Shown here piece by piece: positions 11,000 to 20,251 of a DNA stretch of 64,000 nucleotides (position 1 is its first letter; the number at the start of each line of letters is the position of its first letter). The DNA is from Gemmatimonas sp. (GTDB taxonomy: Bacteria; Gemmatimonadota; Gemmatimonadetes; Gemmatimonadales; Gemmatimonadaceae). The notes under the pieces are model-generated. The model did no database searches, had not been told where the DNA came from, and saw only the letters and a list, made by a program, of their open reading frames with translations. A program made the position numbers and the translations under genes. Where the stretch lies: contig JANNVQ010000030.1 of assembly GCA_031414535.1 (NCBI GenBank), positions 128,001-192,000 on the forward strand, in the 5' to 3' direction.

Positions 11000-11718
11000 C
11001 CACTCCATTGCCTGTGCCAACAGAGATCTCGCGTCGCTTCACGCTCGCAGAAAGCGAGGTGGAGTTGCCGGGTCTCAGGGTCACGCTGCTGAAGCCGCGA
11101 AACGCGGACGATCTCATCTCCGAAGCGGACTACGTGCGCGATGAGCGTTTGCCCTACTGGGCAGATCTCTGGGCCTCTGCGGAGGTGATGGGCCAGCATC
11201 TCGTGGAATCGCGCGAGCAACTCTGGGGCGGTCTCGCGGTACAGGAGGCGCTCAGCCGAGGCCAGACGCCGGCGGCAATCGAACTCGGATGCGGACTCGG
11301 GTTGCCAAGCATCGCCGCCAAGTTCGTGGGCTACGATGTGCTCGCGACGGACTACTACGACGACGCCCTGCTCTTTGCGGCGTACAACGCTGAGCGCACG
11401 CTTGGCACGAGCATTCGCACGCGCATGGTGGACTGGACCGCGATGCCACCGGAGATCGGAAAGTTTGCCTTGGTGCTTGCGGCCGACGTGCTCTACGAGA
11501 TGCGCTACGCCGCGCTGGTGGCGGGTGCCGTGGTGCGGACGCTTGCGCCGGGTGGCGTGTTTGTGCTGGCGGACCAAGGTCGCATCGCGCTAACGTCCTT
11601 TTTGGAAGAAACAGGGCGCCTCGGCCTTGAGTGGCGTGCCGTACGGCGCGTAGAGCCGCCACCGGGTGTGGCCAAGCCAAGCATCACCATCTATGAACTG
11701 CGATGGAGGGCCGGATGA
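10996..11718 (+). CDS. class I SAM methyltransferase, Methyltransf_16-like
   Basis: PYWADLWAS, ELGCGLG, ATDY, ADVLYE. Confidence 0.8.
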   Translation: MTTPLPVPTEISRRFTLAESEVELPGLRVTLLKPRNADDLISEADYVRDERLPYWADLWASAEVMGQHLVESREQLWGGLAVQEALSRGQTPAAIELGCGLGLPSIAAKFVGYDVLATDYYDDALLFAAYNAERTLGTSIRTRMVDWTAMPPEIGKFALVLAADVLYEMRYAALVAGAVVRTLAPGGVFVLADQGRIALTSFLEETGRLGLEWRAVRRVEPPPGVAKPSITIYELRWRAG

Positions 11719-11831
11719 GTGACAAGATATTTGGGACCATCGTTGCCATCGTGATTGTCATTGCGGCGGCTTGGGCGATGCGACGGGCGGGGAATGCGCT
11801 CCGTGAGACGCTGAAGGACGGACGGAAGTAG
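11715..11831 (+). CDS. 38-aa single-TM small protein (not in ORF track)
   Basis: MSDKIFGTIVAIVIVIAAAWAMRRAGNALRETLKDGRK; GGAGG at 11705-11709; ATGA overlap with the methyltransferase stop. Confidence 0.6.
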   Translation: MSDKIFGTIVAIVIVIAAAWAMRRAGNALRETLKDGRK

Positions 11832-11885
11832 CAGCTAATCACTCGATGGACTCGGTGCGGCCCATCTCCCTTGCAAAGGCTCCCC

Positions 11886-12374
11886 ATGCGTCACTCGCTC
11901 CTCGCGGTCCTCGCCCTCGCCTCCTCCGCGGGTGCAGCTACGGCGCAGAATCCTGCGCCGCCGCATGACGTCTCTCGAGCCAGCTGGATGGCCGGCTGCT
12001 GGGAGATGCGGGCGGGACCACGCGTCACGGAGGAGCATTGGCTGGCGCCATCAGGAGGCGCGATGCTCGGTATGAGCCGCACGGTCATCAACAACGCGTT
12101 GCGGGACTGGGAGTTCGTCCTGCTCGGCCCAAGCGCTGCCGGCCTCGCGTATCAGGTGACTCCGTCGCAGCAGGCCCCGACGAGCTTCCCCGCTACCGTG
12201 GTGTCGGACACGCTGCTGGTGTTTGAGAACGCGGCGAATGACTTTCCCCAACGCGTGATGTACCGCCGCAGGGGTAGCGACTCTTTGCTCGCACGCATTG
12301 AGGGACCGATGGACGGACAGCAGCGCGGCATCGATTTCCCTTACGCTCGCGTGGCCTGCCCCACAGGACGCTAG
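11886..12374 (+). CDS. secreted DUF6265-like protein
   Basis: Signal peptide; WMAGCW, EEHW..P.GG.MLGMSR, FEN..DFPQR.Y. Confidence 0.7.
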   Translation: MRHSLLAVLALASSAGAATAQNPAPPHDVSRASWMAGCWEMRAGPRVTEEHWLAPSGGAMLGMSRTVINNALRDWEFVLLGPSAAGLAYQVTPSQQAPTSFPATVVSDTLLVFENAANDFPQRVMYRRRGSDSLLARIEGPMDGQQRGIDFPYARVACPTGR

Positions 12375-12398
12375 TGCTGGGGCATCAGGTGCGCGCGG

Positions 12399-12890
12399 CT
12401 ATAGCCAACGCCGTACCTGAGCGAGATAACCCTCGTACTCCGCGCCAAACTTGCGGAACAGGTACGACTCCTCGCGCGCAATGATCACGTTGTTGGTGAT
12501 GGCGATGCCGACGACGGTCATCAAGAGCACGGCGAGCTTGTCGCTCCACAGCCCAAGACCTACCTGAAACAGCGCAAAGCCTAGGTAGATGGGATTCCGC
12601 GTCAGCCCATACGGCCCATCGGCCACGATCGCCGTTGTGGGCTTCCACGGACGCACATCAGTGCGTCGGCGCTTCAGTACGAGCCAAGCCCAGGCCACGA
12701 GCGCTAGGGCCAAGGCGCAAAAGATGATGCCCAAGCCGCCCCAACGGTCGGGGCGAGCCGGCATCGGTTTGAACCAGTCCACCAGCAAGCCAAACAAAAT
12801 CGTCGCCACGAATATCAGCGGTGGCTTCACCGGCAGATTGGGATGATCGGGCGGCAACTCGATGAGCGAGGGCTTCTCTTCCACGTTCAT
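12399..12890 (-). CDS. isoprenylcysteine carboxylmethyltransferase / PEMT-family membrane methyltransferase
   Basis: GPY..TRNPIYLG and EE.YL..KFG.EY..Y...VRRW. Confidence 0.85.
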   Translation of the reverse strand: MNVEEKPSLIELPPDHPNLPVKPPLIFVATILFGLLVDWFKPMPARPDRWGGLGIIFCALALALVAWAWLVLKRRRTDVRPWKPTTAIVADGPYGLTRNPIYLGFALFQVGLGLWSDKLAVLLMTVVGIAITNNVIIAREESYLFRKFGAEYEGYLAQVRRWL

Positions 12891-14953
12891 CAGGCCAACT
12901 GCTGCGCCACGACCTCGGCAATGTCGTACACCGGGACTTCAGAGCCCTGCCCCTTCACGCCGTCGGACATCATCGTCATGCAGAATGGGCAGGCGACCGC
13001 GACAGCATCGGCCTTGGTGGCCAGCGCCTCTTCTGCGCGCTCCACGTTGATGCGCTTGCCGACCGTCTCTTCCATCCACATACGACCGCCGCCGGCGCCG
13101 CAGCAGAGACCCTTATCCTTGTTGCGTGGCATCTCGACAAGGTTCACCACCGGCAACGCGCGCTTGAGCGTCTCGCGCGGCGCGTCGTACACGTCGTTGT
13201 AGCGGCCCAAGTAGCAGGAGTCGTGATACGTGAACGTGCGCACCGGTGCGTGCAGGTCTTGGCGAATCGGCACACGGCCCTCGGCCATCAGGTGCTCGAT
13301 GTACGTCGAGTGATGGATGACATCGTACTCGCCACCGAACTGCGGATACTCGCTACCCAACTGATGGAAGCAATGCGGGCAGGCCGTGACCACGGTCTTC
13401 ACGCCGTACTTCGCGAGCGTTTCGACGTTGTCCTTGGCGAGCATCTGGTAGAGGTACTCGTTGCCCATGCGACGCGCCGGATCGCCATTGCACTTCTCCT
13501 CTTGTCCGAGGATGGCAAACTTCACGCCGGCGGCCTGCATGATCTGCGCGAAGGCCACGGTGGTCTTCTTGGCACGGTCATCGAAGGAGCCCATGCAGCC
13601 GACCCAGTACAGTACCTCGGCCGTCTCGCCACGCTGAGCCATCTCGGCCATCGTGGGGATCTCCATGCCATCGGCCCACTTGCCGCGATCGCCCGGATCG
13701 AAGGACCAAGGCGAGCCGCTGGTTTCCATGGCTTCGAAGGCCGGCATCATCTCTTCGGGGAAGCGCGACTCGCTCAGCACCAAGTTGCGACGCAACTCAT
13801 TGATGACGCTGAGCTGGTCAATGCTCACCGGGCACTCATAGACACAGGCGCGGCAGGACGTACAGGCCCAGAGTTCTTCGTCCGTGATGTAGCCGCCGAG
13901 CAGCGTCTTCTCGGCGAGCCCAGCAGGTGCGTCGGCGCGCAGCGTCGCGAATCCGCCGTCCTTGCCCGGCTCCATCCAAGGCAAGCGCTCTTCGAGCCGT
14001 TCGCGCACGTTGATCATGATTTTGCGCGGGCTGAGGAGCTTGCCCGTGATGTTCGCGGGGCAGACGCTCGTGCAGCGACCGCACTCTGTGCAGGCGAAGC
14101 CGTCGAGCAACGACTTCCAACTCAGGTGCTCCACGTCCGAGGCACCAAACTGCTCGGCGTCTCGGCCTTCGAAGTCCAGCGGGCGCATGGCGCCCACCGG
14201 GCCCGGGCCACTGGTGTTGGACAGGAAGGTGTTGGGCAGCGAGGCAACGACGTGCAGATGCTTGGAGAAGGGCAGGTAGTTCAGGAAGCCGAGCACGAGC
14301 AGGGCGTGCGTCCACCAGAAAAGATTGTGCATGAACAGCGGCCCAGGCATTCCCTCTTGGAAGCCCACCATCAGCATCATCTTGCCCAGCGGATACGAAA
14401 TAGGGAAAGCCGAGGCGAGTTCGTCTGGCGAGGAGATAAAGTGGAAGGCCTCGGAGAGGAACATCGTGACCATCAGCGCGCCGATCCACGTGAGGATGAG
14501 CAGCGGATCGTTCGGGTGTGTCTCGGCACCTTGAAGGCGCGGCACGCGCTTGGTGAGGCGGCGCCAGAGGGCCATGCCGATCATCGCTAACACGACGGCA
14601 GCGAAGCCTTCTTGGCTCAGCACGTACAGCCGATACACTGGCTCTGGGAGGAAGTGCTCATATCCGAACGCCGGCAAAACGCCCGCGATGAGCATCTCTG
14701 TGGTGCTGGCGCCGAGGATGACGAAGCCCCAGAAGATTAGGGCATGCATCGGTCCGGCGACGGAGTCGCGGAAGATCTTCTCTTGGAAGATGCCGATGCG
14801 CAGGAAGTTACCGACGCGGGCCGGGATCGCATTCCAGCGGACATCGTCGAGGCGGCCGAGGCGGAGGTAGCCGATAAGGCGCTGGACGTTGTAGCTGAAG
14901 TAGCCCAACGAGAGGACGAGGACTGCGAGGAAGAAGCCGTTGACTGGGGGCAT
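12890..14953 (-). CDS. membrane Fe-S oxidoreductase, FadF/EtfD-like (cytochrome b-like TM + 2x[4Fe-4S] + CCG domains)
   Basis: TM N-terminus with His residues, [45 protein letters not shown]; downstream of etfBA. Confidence 0.88.
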   Translation of the reverse strand: MPPVNGFFLAVLVLSLGYFSYNVQRLIGYLRLGRLDDVRWNAIPARVGNFLRIGIFQEKIFRDSVAGPMHALIFWGFVILGASTTEMLIAGVLPAFGYEHFLPEPVYRLYVLSQEGFAAVVLAMIGMALWRRLTKRVPRLQGAETHPNDPLLILTWIGALMVTMFLSEAFHFISSPDELASAFPISYPLGKMMLMVGFQEGMPGPLFMHNLFWWTHALLVLGFLNYLPFSKHLHVVASLPNTFLSNTSGPGPVGAMRPLDFEGRDAEQFGASDVEHLSWKSLLDGFACTECGRCTSVCPANITGKLLSPRKIMINVRERLEERLPWMEPGKDGGFATLRADAPAGLAEKTLLGGYITDEELWACTSCRACVYECPVSIDQLSVINELRRNLVLSESRFPEEMMPAFEAMETSGSPWSFDPGDRGKWADGMEIPTMAEMAQRGETAEVLYWVGCMGSFDDRAKKTTVAFAQIMQAAGVKFAILGQEEKCNGDPARRMGNEYLYQMLAKDNVETLAKYGVKTVVTACPHCFHQLGSEYPQFGGEYDVIHHSTYIEHLMAEGRVPIRQDLHAPVRTFTYHDSCYLGRYNDVYDAPRETLKRALPVVNLVEMPRNKDKGLCCGAGGGRMWMEETVGKRINVERAEEALATKADAVAVACPFCMTMMSDGVKGQGSEVPVYDIAEVVAQQLA

Positions 14954-15144
14954 GTTGAAAAAGCTACTTCCGAGTAGGGGTGGGCACCACGGGCTCTCCC
15001 AGCCTCAGGACCAAGTGGTGCGACACTCCGTGTCTTGGAACGCGGAATGAGTGCCCTGAAGCACGTGCGGCGCAAGCAGATAATCTGCCTGCGCCGCAAA
15101 CGTCTTCCCTCTGCGAGGCTGACACGTCACGCCGCCTCCGGCAG

Positions 15145-16122
15145 CTAGGCCTTCGCTTTCTTCACAGCCTCGGTAAGCACTGGGAGAATCGTCAGCACAT
15201 CGCCGACAATCCCATAGTCCGCCAACTTGAAGATTGGCGCGTCCTTGTCCTTGTTGATTGCCACGATGGTCTTGGACGTGCGCATGCCGGCCAAGTGCTG
15301 AATCGCGCCAGAGATGCCGCAGGCCACATACAAATCCGGCGAGACGAGCCGGCCCGTCTGACCGATCTGATCCGAGTGCGGACGCCAGCCGTCGTCAGTC
15401 ACCGCGCGCGTGGCACCAACCGCCGCGTTGCCAAATGCCGCCGCGAGATCTTCAACAAGCTTGAAGTTGGCCGCTTCCTTGAGACCACGGCCACCGGAAA
15501 TGATGACGGGTGCCTCACCGAGGTCGAGCTTGGCCGTGTTACCAACGGCCGTCTCGGTGACCTTCACGCGCGATGCGCTAGGATCGCCACTCGGAGCGAG
15601 CGGCTGCACGCTGCCCGCCTTCGCGTTCTCCTTGGGGAGGAAGGCACCCGGACGCACGCTCACGACCGCCGGTGACGCCGTGAGCGTCACAGTCTGAATC
15701 ACCTTGCCCGTGTAGCCTGGGTGCGTGGCCGTGATGCCGTTGCCACTCACGCTGAGTGTCGTGACATCGGACGCCAGCGGCACACCAAGCTTGGCAGCTA
15801 CGCGCGGCGCGATGTCCTTACCCGACGCGCTCGCGGTGCACACAAAACCCGTGTAGCCGGACTTGATCTTCTCGGCGAGCGTGGCGCTCACCGCTTCTGG
15901 ATTGTTGTGCGTGAACGCGGCGTGCTCCACCACAAACACCACATCAGCGCCGTGCGCGCCGAGCGAGGCGGCGTGCGCAGCCATGCCCGAGGCGCCGAAG
16001 ATCATCGCGTGGACTTCCCCGCCCTTCGCGTCAGCAATCACACGCGCCGCGGCAACAGCCTCGAGTCCAGCACGACGCAGCTCACCACCGCGCGACTCAG
16101 CAAATGCAAGAATATTCGACAT
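15145..16122 (-). CDS. etfA: electron transfer flavoprotein alpha subunit
   Basis: SGGRG, QIGQTG, GISGAIQHLAGM, AINKD. Confidence 0.95.
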   Translation of the reverse strand: MSNILAFAESRGGELRRAGLEAVAAARVIADAKGGEVHAMIFGASGMAAHAASLGAHGADVVFVVEHAAFTHNNPEAVSATLAEKIKSGYTGFVCTASASGKDIAPRVAAKLGVPLASDVTTLSVSGNGITATHPGYTGKVIQTVTLTASPAVVSVRPGAFLPKENAKAGSVQPLAPSGDPSASRVKVTETAVGNTAKLDLGEAPVIISGGRGLKEAANFKLVEDLAAAFGNAAVGATRAVTDDGWRPHSDQIGQTGRLVSPDLYVACGISGAIQHLAGMRTSKTIVAINKDKDAPIFKLADYGIVGDVLTILPVLTEAVKKAKA

Positions 16123-16874
16123 TAGAGAACCTTCGCCTCTTCCTTGAGGAGACGGACGAGCTCAGGCACCGCATCCGGGCCCTCGCCGATGATTTTGCCA
16201 GCCGCACGCTCCGGCGGCAGCGCCATCGCGTCCAACGTGAGTCGCTCAGCGGGCACCTGCGCCGGCTTGGACTCGAGCGGCTTCTTCTTGGCCGCCATGA
16301 TGCCCTTCAACGACGGGTAGCGCGGCCGTGCGATGCCTTCGTCAATCGTGACCACAGCTGGCAGCGCGCACTCGAGCAGTTCGTAGGCGCCTTCGAGTTC
16401 GCGACGCATCTTGGCCGTGCGGCCATCGAACTCCAACTTCGAAATCGCCGTCACGACTGGTAGACCGAGCTGCTCGGCGACCATCGTGCCCACCGCGCCG
16501 TGCGCCGTATCAATGCTCATACGACCAAACATGATGATGTCGTAGTTACCAGTCTTGAGCTCGGCGGCCAGCGCAGTCGCTACGGCGTGCGAGTCCACGG
16601 AGGCGCCGTCGTGCTTCAGTTGCACGGCCTTGTGCGCACCCATGGACATCGCCTTCCGGAGCGTCTCCTGAACTGCATCGCCACCGAGCGAGATGACGGT
16701 CACCTCGCCGGCACCGGCCTTCTCGGTAATCTGGATGGCGGCCTCAACGGCGTAACCGTCGAAGTCAGACATATCGAATTTGAGCCCCGTTTCATCCACG
16801 GCCTTGCCGGAGGGGGCGATTTTGAAGCGGACGTCCATGTCGGGGACGCGCTTGAGGCATACTGCAATATTCAC
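16122..16874 (-). CDS. etfB: electron transfer flavoprotein beta subunit
   Basis: VCLKRVPD, AMSMGA, PRYPSLKGIMAAKKKP; GTG start at 16874. Confidence 0.95.
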   Translation of the reverse strand: MNIAVCLKRVPDMDVRFKIAPSGKAVDETGLKFDMSDFDGYAVEAAIQITEKAGAGEVTVISLGGDAVQETLRKAMSMGAHKAVQLKHDGASVDSHAVATALAAELKTGNYDIIMFGRMSIDTAHGAVGTMVAEQLGLPVVTAISKLEFDGRTAKMRRELEGAYELLECALPAVVTIDEGIARPRYPSLKGIMAAKKKPLESKPAQVPAERLTLDAMALPPERAAGKIIGEGPDAVPELVRLLKEEAKVL

Positions 16875-16910
16875 AGGGTATTCTCGGCAGAAAGTACGGC
16901 GTGAAAGATA

Positions 16911-16969
16911 ACAGGACGGATGGCGGATGACGGAAGCTACGGGCATCCGTCTTCCGTCATCCGTCCTGT
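16911..16969. repeat. palindromic REP-like element, family A (GACGGAT-type heptamers), copy 1
   Basis: acaggacggatggcggatgacggaag...cttccgtcatccgtcctgt; matches the reverse complement of 51372-51428 over about 57 nt. Confidence 0.75.
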
Positions 16970-18279
16970 CACATCAACGGTGCCAGTTCCGTCTCCGTCA
17001 GCCTGTCCCTATACCGCATCAGCACCAGCAGGGAGACCGCTGCGACACCCAGTCCGGCCCAGGCGAGCGCCTCTGGTCCGAGACCAGTCCAGAGCAGGTA
17101 CAGGCTGCCGAGGGCCAGGGTGAGCTGGCGAGCGGTCTCGAGCGTGGCGGCCCACTTGGCGCTTTCGAATACGCCGCCGACGCCCGCCAGGGCCACGGCG
17201 ATGAAGAAAGCGGCCGCGGCACTCTGCGCGAGCGGGAGCGCATTGGCCTGCTGCAGGAGTACGAAGGCCGCCGCGAGCGCCATCACGAACTGCGCGAAGG
17301 CGTACCACGCCAGCGGAGCCGGAAGCGGCGGATCGAATTTCTCGAAGGTCTCCGCGCTCACCTCGCGCGGACGTTCGACGTTCCCGAGCTCGGCGGGCCG
17401 CCAGCTCGGACGTCCAAACACGATGCGCAGCTTGTCCGCCCAGCGTGAGGCCCGCCAGGCGTCGCGTGCGATTTGTACAAAGACGTGCACGTTGGCCCAG
17501 AGCGGATTCCAGCTTTGGAGCGGCTTGGTGATGCCGTACACGGGCTCTTCTTCTTCCACCTGGAAGCTGCCGAACCAGCGGTCAAAGGTGATGAACACGC
17601 CGGCGTAGTTCTTGTCCTGGTACTTGGGATTCACGCCGTGGTGCACGCGATGATGCGATGGCGTATTCAGGATGTACTCGCCCAGCGGCGAGAGGCGCGC
17701 GATGGCGCGGGTGTGAATCCAAAACTGATAAATGAGGTTGATCGCGTTGCAGGCCACGAACATCCGCCACGGTACGCCGATGAAGGCGAGCGGCATGTAG
17801 AAGACCCAGCTCATCAGGCCGTGCAGGGCGCTCTGCCTGAGCGCCACCGGCAGGTTGTACTCCTCGCTCGAATGGTGCACCACGTGGCCCGCCCAGAGGA
17901 TGTTCACCTCGTGCGCGTAGCGATGGCTCCAGTAGTAGCAGAAGTCCACGAGCACGAACACCAGCGCCCAGCTGAGCAGCGCGGGCAGGTCCACACCGAA
18001 GTACGGGAAGATGTCGGCAGCAAACATCGGCGCGCGCTCGGGCCAGGACGGGAAGCCCGTCACGAACAGCTGTACCGACCAGTGCTCCGCCACCCAGATG
18101 AAGACTCCGATGGTGAGCAGCTTGGTGAAGATGCCGGAGAGCTGACTGAGGATTCCGCAGCTCAAATCACTCAGCGAGTCGTTCAAGCGCAACACGCGGC
18201 GCCCCGTCACGCGGCTCCAGAGGAGCTCCGCGCCAATGAGGAGAAAAAACAGCGGAATGGAAGCCTGGATGATGCCCAT
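16969..18279 (-). CDS. sterol desaturase / alkylglycerol monooxygenase-like di-iron membrane enzyme
   Basis: His boxes HRYAH, HVVHHSSE, HHRVHH; ALRQS; KNYAG; long TM C-terminal extension. Confidence 0.85.
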   Translation of the reverse strand: MGIIQASIPLFFLLIGAELLWSRVTGRRVLRLNDSLSDLSCGILSQLSGIFTKLLTIGVFIWVAEHWSVQLFVTGFPSWPERAPMFAADIFPYFGVDLPALLSWALVFVLVDFCYYWSHRYAHEVNILWAGHVVHHSSEEYNLPVALRQSALHGLMSWVFYMPLAFIGVPWRMFVACNAINLIYQFWIHTRAIARLSPLGEYILNTPSHHRVHHGVNPKYQDKNYAGVFITFDRWFGSFQVEEEEPVYGITKPLQSWNPLWANVHVFVQIARDAWRASRWADKLRIVFGRPSWRPAELGNVERPREVSAETFEKFDPPLPAPLAWYAFAQFVMALAAAFVLLQQANALPLAQSAAAAFFIAVALAGVGGVFESAKWAATLETARQLTLALGSLYLLWTGLGPEALAWAGLGVAAVSLLVLMRYRDRLTETELAPLM

Positions 18280-18304
18280 TGCCCGAGAATAGTAGATTAG
18301 TCGC

Positions 18305-19111
18305 GTGCCCAATACCAATCAGACGTTTTCTCGCCCCCTCGCCTGCATCACCGGCGCCTCGGCCGGGCTCGGCAAGGTCTTCGCCAAACAATTGGCGGAG
18401 CGCGGCTTTGACCTCCTGCTCGTGGCCCGCGACGTAGACCGGCTGACTGCTCTCGCCGACGAGCTTTCACTGCAGCACGGCATCGCGGCCACGGCGCATC
18501 AGGCCGACCTCTCGCGCGACGAGCCGATGCGAGCGCTCGCCGAGAAGCTGGCCAAGGAAGAGCGCCTGATGGTGCTGGTGAACAACGCCGGCTTCGGGAC
18601 CAAGGGAAAGCTCGCCACTCGCCCCGTGGGTGAGCAGGCGACGATGCTCGAGCTGCACGTGATGGCGCCGATGCTGCTCACGCGCGCGGTTGTACCAAAG
18701 ATGATTGAGCGCCGCGAAGGCTTCGTGATCACCGTAGCCTCAGTCGCCAGCTTCACCGCCAGCATGGGCAACGTGAACTACTGCGCCACCAAGGCGTATC
18801 AGCGCGTTTTTATGGAAGGGCTCGCGATGGAACTCGCTGGCACCGGTGTGCGCGTGCAGGCGCTCTGCCCTGGATTCACGCACACCGAGTTCCACGATCG
18901 TATGCAGATTGATAAGTCCAAAGGCATTCCCGCGTGGGCCTGGCTCTCGGCGGACGAGGTCGTGCGCGACTCGCTCGAGAATGCGTTCGGGAATGGCCCG
19001 ACGGTCGTGATTCCGAACTGGAAGTACAAGATGATTGTGCTGATGCTGCGCTACATGCCGATGTGGCTGCGCGGGATGATGCAGGAGCGGTACGGGCGGG
19101 CGCGGGTCTAG
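18305..19111 (+). CDS. short-chain dehydrogenase/reductase
   Basis: TGASAGLG, NNAGFG, YCATK, CPGFT. Confidence 0.9.
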   Translation: MPNTNQTFSRPLACITGASAGLGKVFAKQLAERGFDLLLVARDVDRLTALADELSLQHGIAATAHQADLSRDEPMRALAEKLAKEERLMVLVNNAGFGTKGKLATRPVGEQATMLELHVMAPMLLTRAVVPKMIERREGFVITVASVASFTASMGNVNYCATKAYQRVFMEGLAMELAGTGVRVQALCPGFTHTEFHDRMQIDKSKGIPAWAWLSADEVVRDSLENAFGNGPTVVIPNWKYKMIVLMLRYMPMWLRGMMQERYGRARV

Positions 19112-19117
19112 GATTAG

Positions 19118-20185
19118 CTACCAGCCACAGCGCGGTTCGCCTTCGCCCCATCCCCGCGGTGGCACGGCTCCGACGATCATTCCGCAGCTGTACCCGGACG
19201 ACAGCATCCAGATGCTTCCGCTCCAAAACCGGTTGTTTGCCTGCTGGACGGCGAAGCGCGTGCCTTCTGGAAGACGTATTGTCAGCGAGTCAGTGCGCAT
19301 TGTGTAGGTATTGTGCTGCGCGTAGAAGGCCTCTTGTGACATTACCGTTCCGCGGATCGCCGCGCGCAGTTGACTGCGCTGCCCAGAGTCCACTGGTGAC
19401 ACTGCCCGAGGGCTGGGGCGCGGGACCACACCATTGGGCCTGGAAAATCTAAAGATCGCAACTTGCTCGAAGTCATCGGCGTCGGTGCGTACGCCGACAA
19501 CTCGATTCCCGACGAACTGCGTGGGCCGGAATCCGCCGGGCAGCGTCACCTGACCGACGGCCCGACTACCTGCATATGCAATCCAGCTTCGCATTTCTCG
19601 ATCTCTGTGTACCCACAGGAGCGATGTCTCATCGAAGAACGCACGCCGCAACTCGGGTAATGAATCGACAAGGGCACGAAGCAGTGGCGGAGCCCAATTG
19701 GGCACAACGCCTTCACCCAGGACGAGTACGCCGGCGTGCGTCCACGCCGCGTCGCCTACGGTATCGCGCAGCACGGTCAGTTGATTGCTGCCGTGCCTGA
19801 CCTCAGTCCAACGCGACTGCGATGGATCCCAGACAGCGACGGCGCTGTTCCCAAAACTTGACATCGAAATGCGGCCGTTGAACTCGCCCGGTCCGCGCCC
19901 GCGACGACCGAGCTTGGCGACACGTCTCCCTGTGGAATCGAAGAAGAGCACCGCGAACTCGCCGCCATCCGCGATGGCGAGGACGCCGTTCGGCATCAGC
20001 CGGGCGTCGGCGACGCTACCGATGAGCGAGGTGTCCACCTCAGCGTTGTCTCCAACAATCAGCACCGGACGCGCATCGAGCGGCCACACGGGTGGACGCT
20101 GGCGCTGGGCCGCAAGCGGACTGATGGTGATTGCCGAATACAGCACCAACAGCGCGGCTAGTGAACGCGAAGGGGGAAACCTCAT
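19118..20185 (-). CDS. secreted 6-bladed beta-propeller-like protein with pilin-head-like C-terminal domain
   Basis: Signal peptide; FDSTG...LGRRGRGPGEF propeller motif; C-terminal QEAFYA..NTY...C...EGEPRC. Confidence 0.6.
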   Translation of the reverse strand: MRFPPSRSLAALLVLYSAITISPLAAQRQRPPVWPLDARPVLIVGDNAEVDTSLIGSVADARLMPNGVLAIADGGEFAVLFFDSTGRRVAKLGRRGRGPGEFNGRISMSSFGNSAVAVWDPSQSRWTEVRHGSNQLTVLRDTVGDAAWTHAGVLVLGEGVVPNWAPPLLRALVDSLPELRRAFFDETSLLWVHRDREMRSWIAYAGSRAVGQVTLPGGFRPTQFVGNRVVGVRTDADDFEQVAIFRFSRPNGVVPRPSPRAVSPVDSGQRSQLRAAIRGTVMSQEAFYAQHNTYTMRTDSLTIRLPEGTRFAVQQANNRFWSGSIWMLSSGYSCGMIVGAVPPRGWGEGEPRCGW

Positions 20186-20192
20186 CGACACC

Positions 20193-20222
20193 TCTAGTGT
20201 ATTAGTGTATCCATACACTAGA
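20193..20222. promoter_or_regulatory. inverted repeat, candidate transcription-factor operator (YtrA/GntR-like)
   Basis: TCTAGTGTAT-N10-ATACACTAGA perfect 10-bp inverted repeat abutting the RBS of the gene at 20185. Confidence 0.5.
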
Positions 20223-20251
20223 TGTTCCCTACACGACGCGCAAGGGCTTGC

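Noticed and set aside
10996..11718. Methyltransferase as an ETF-beta lysine methyltransferase (METTL20-like) because etfB is nearby
   Set aside because: Opposite strand and different operon; the motifs support only a general Methyltransf_16 assignment.
13223..14590. Long antisense ORFs (also 29261-30784, 36774-37958, 51399-52841)
   Set aside because: Each lies opposite a well-supported gene and has no recognisable motif.
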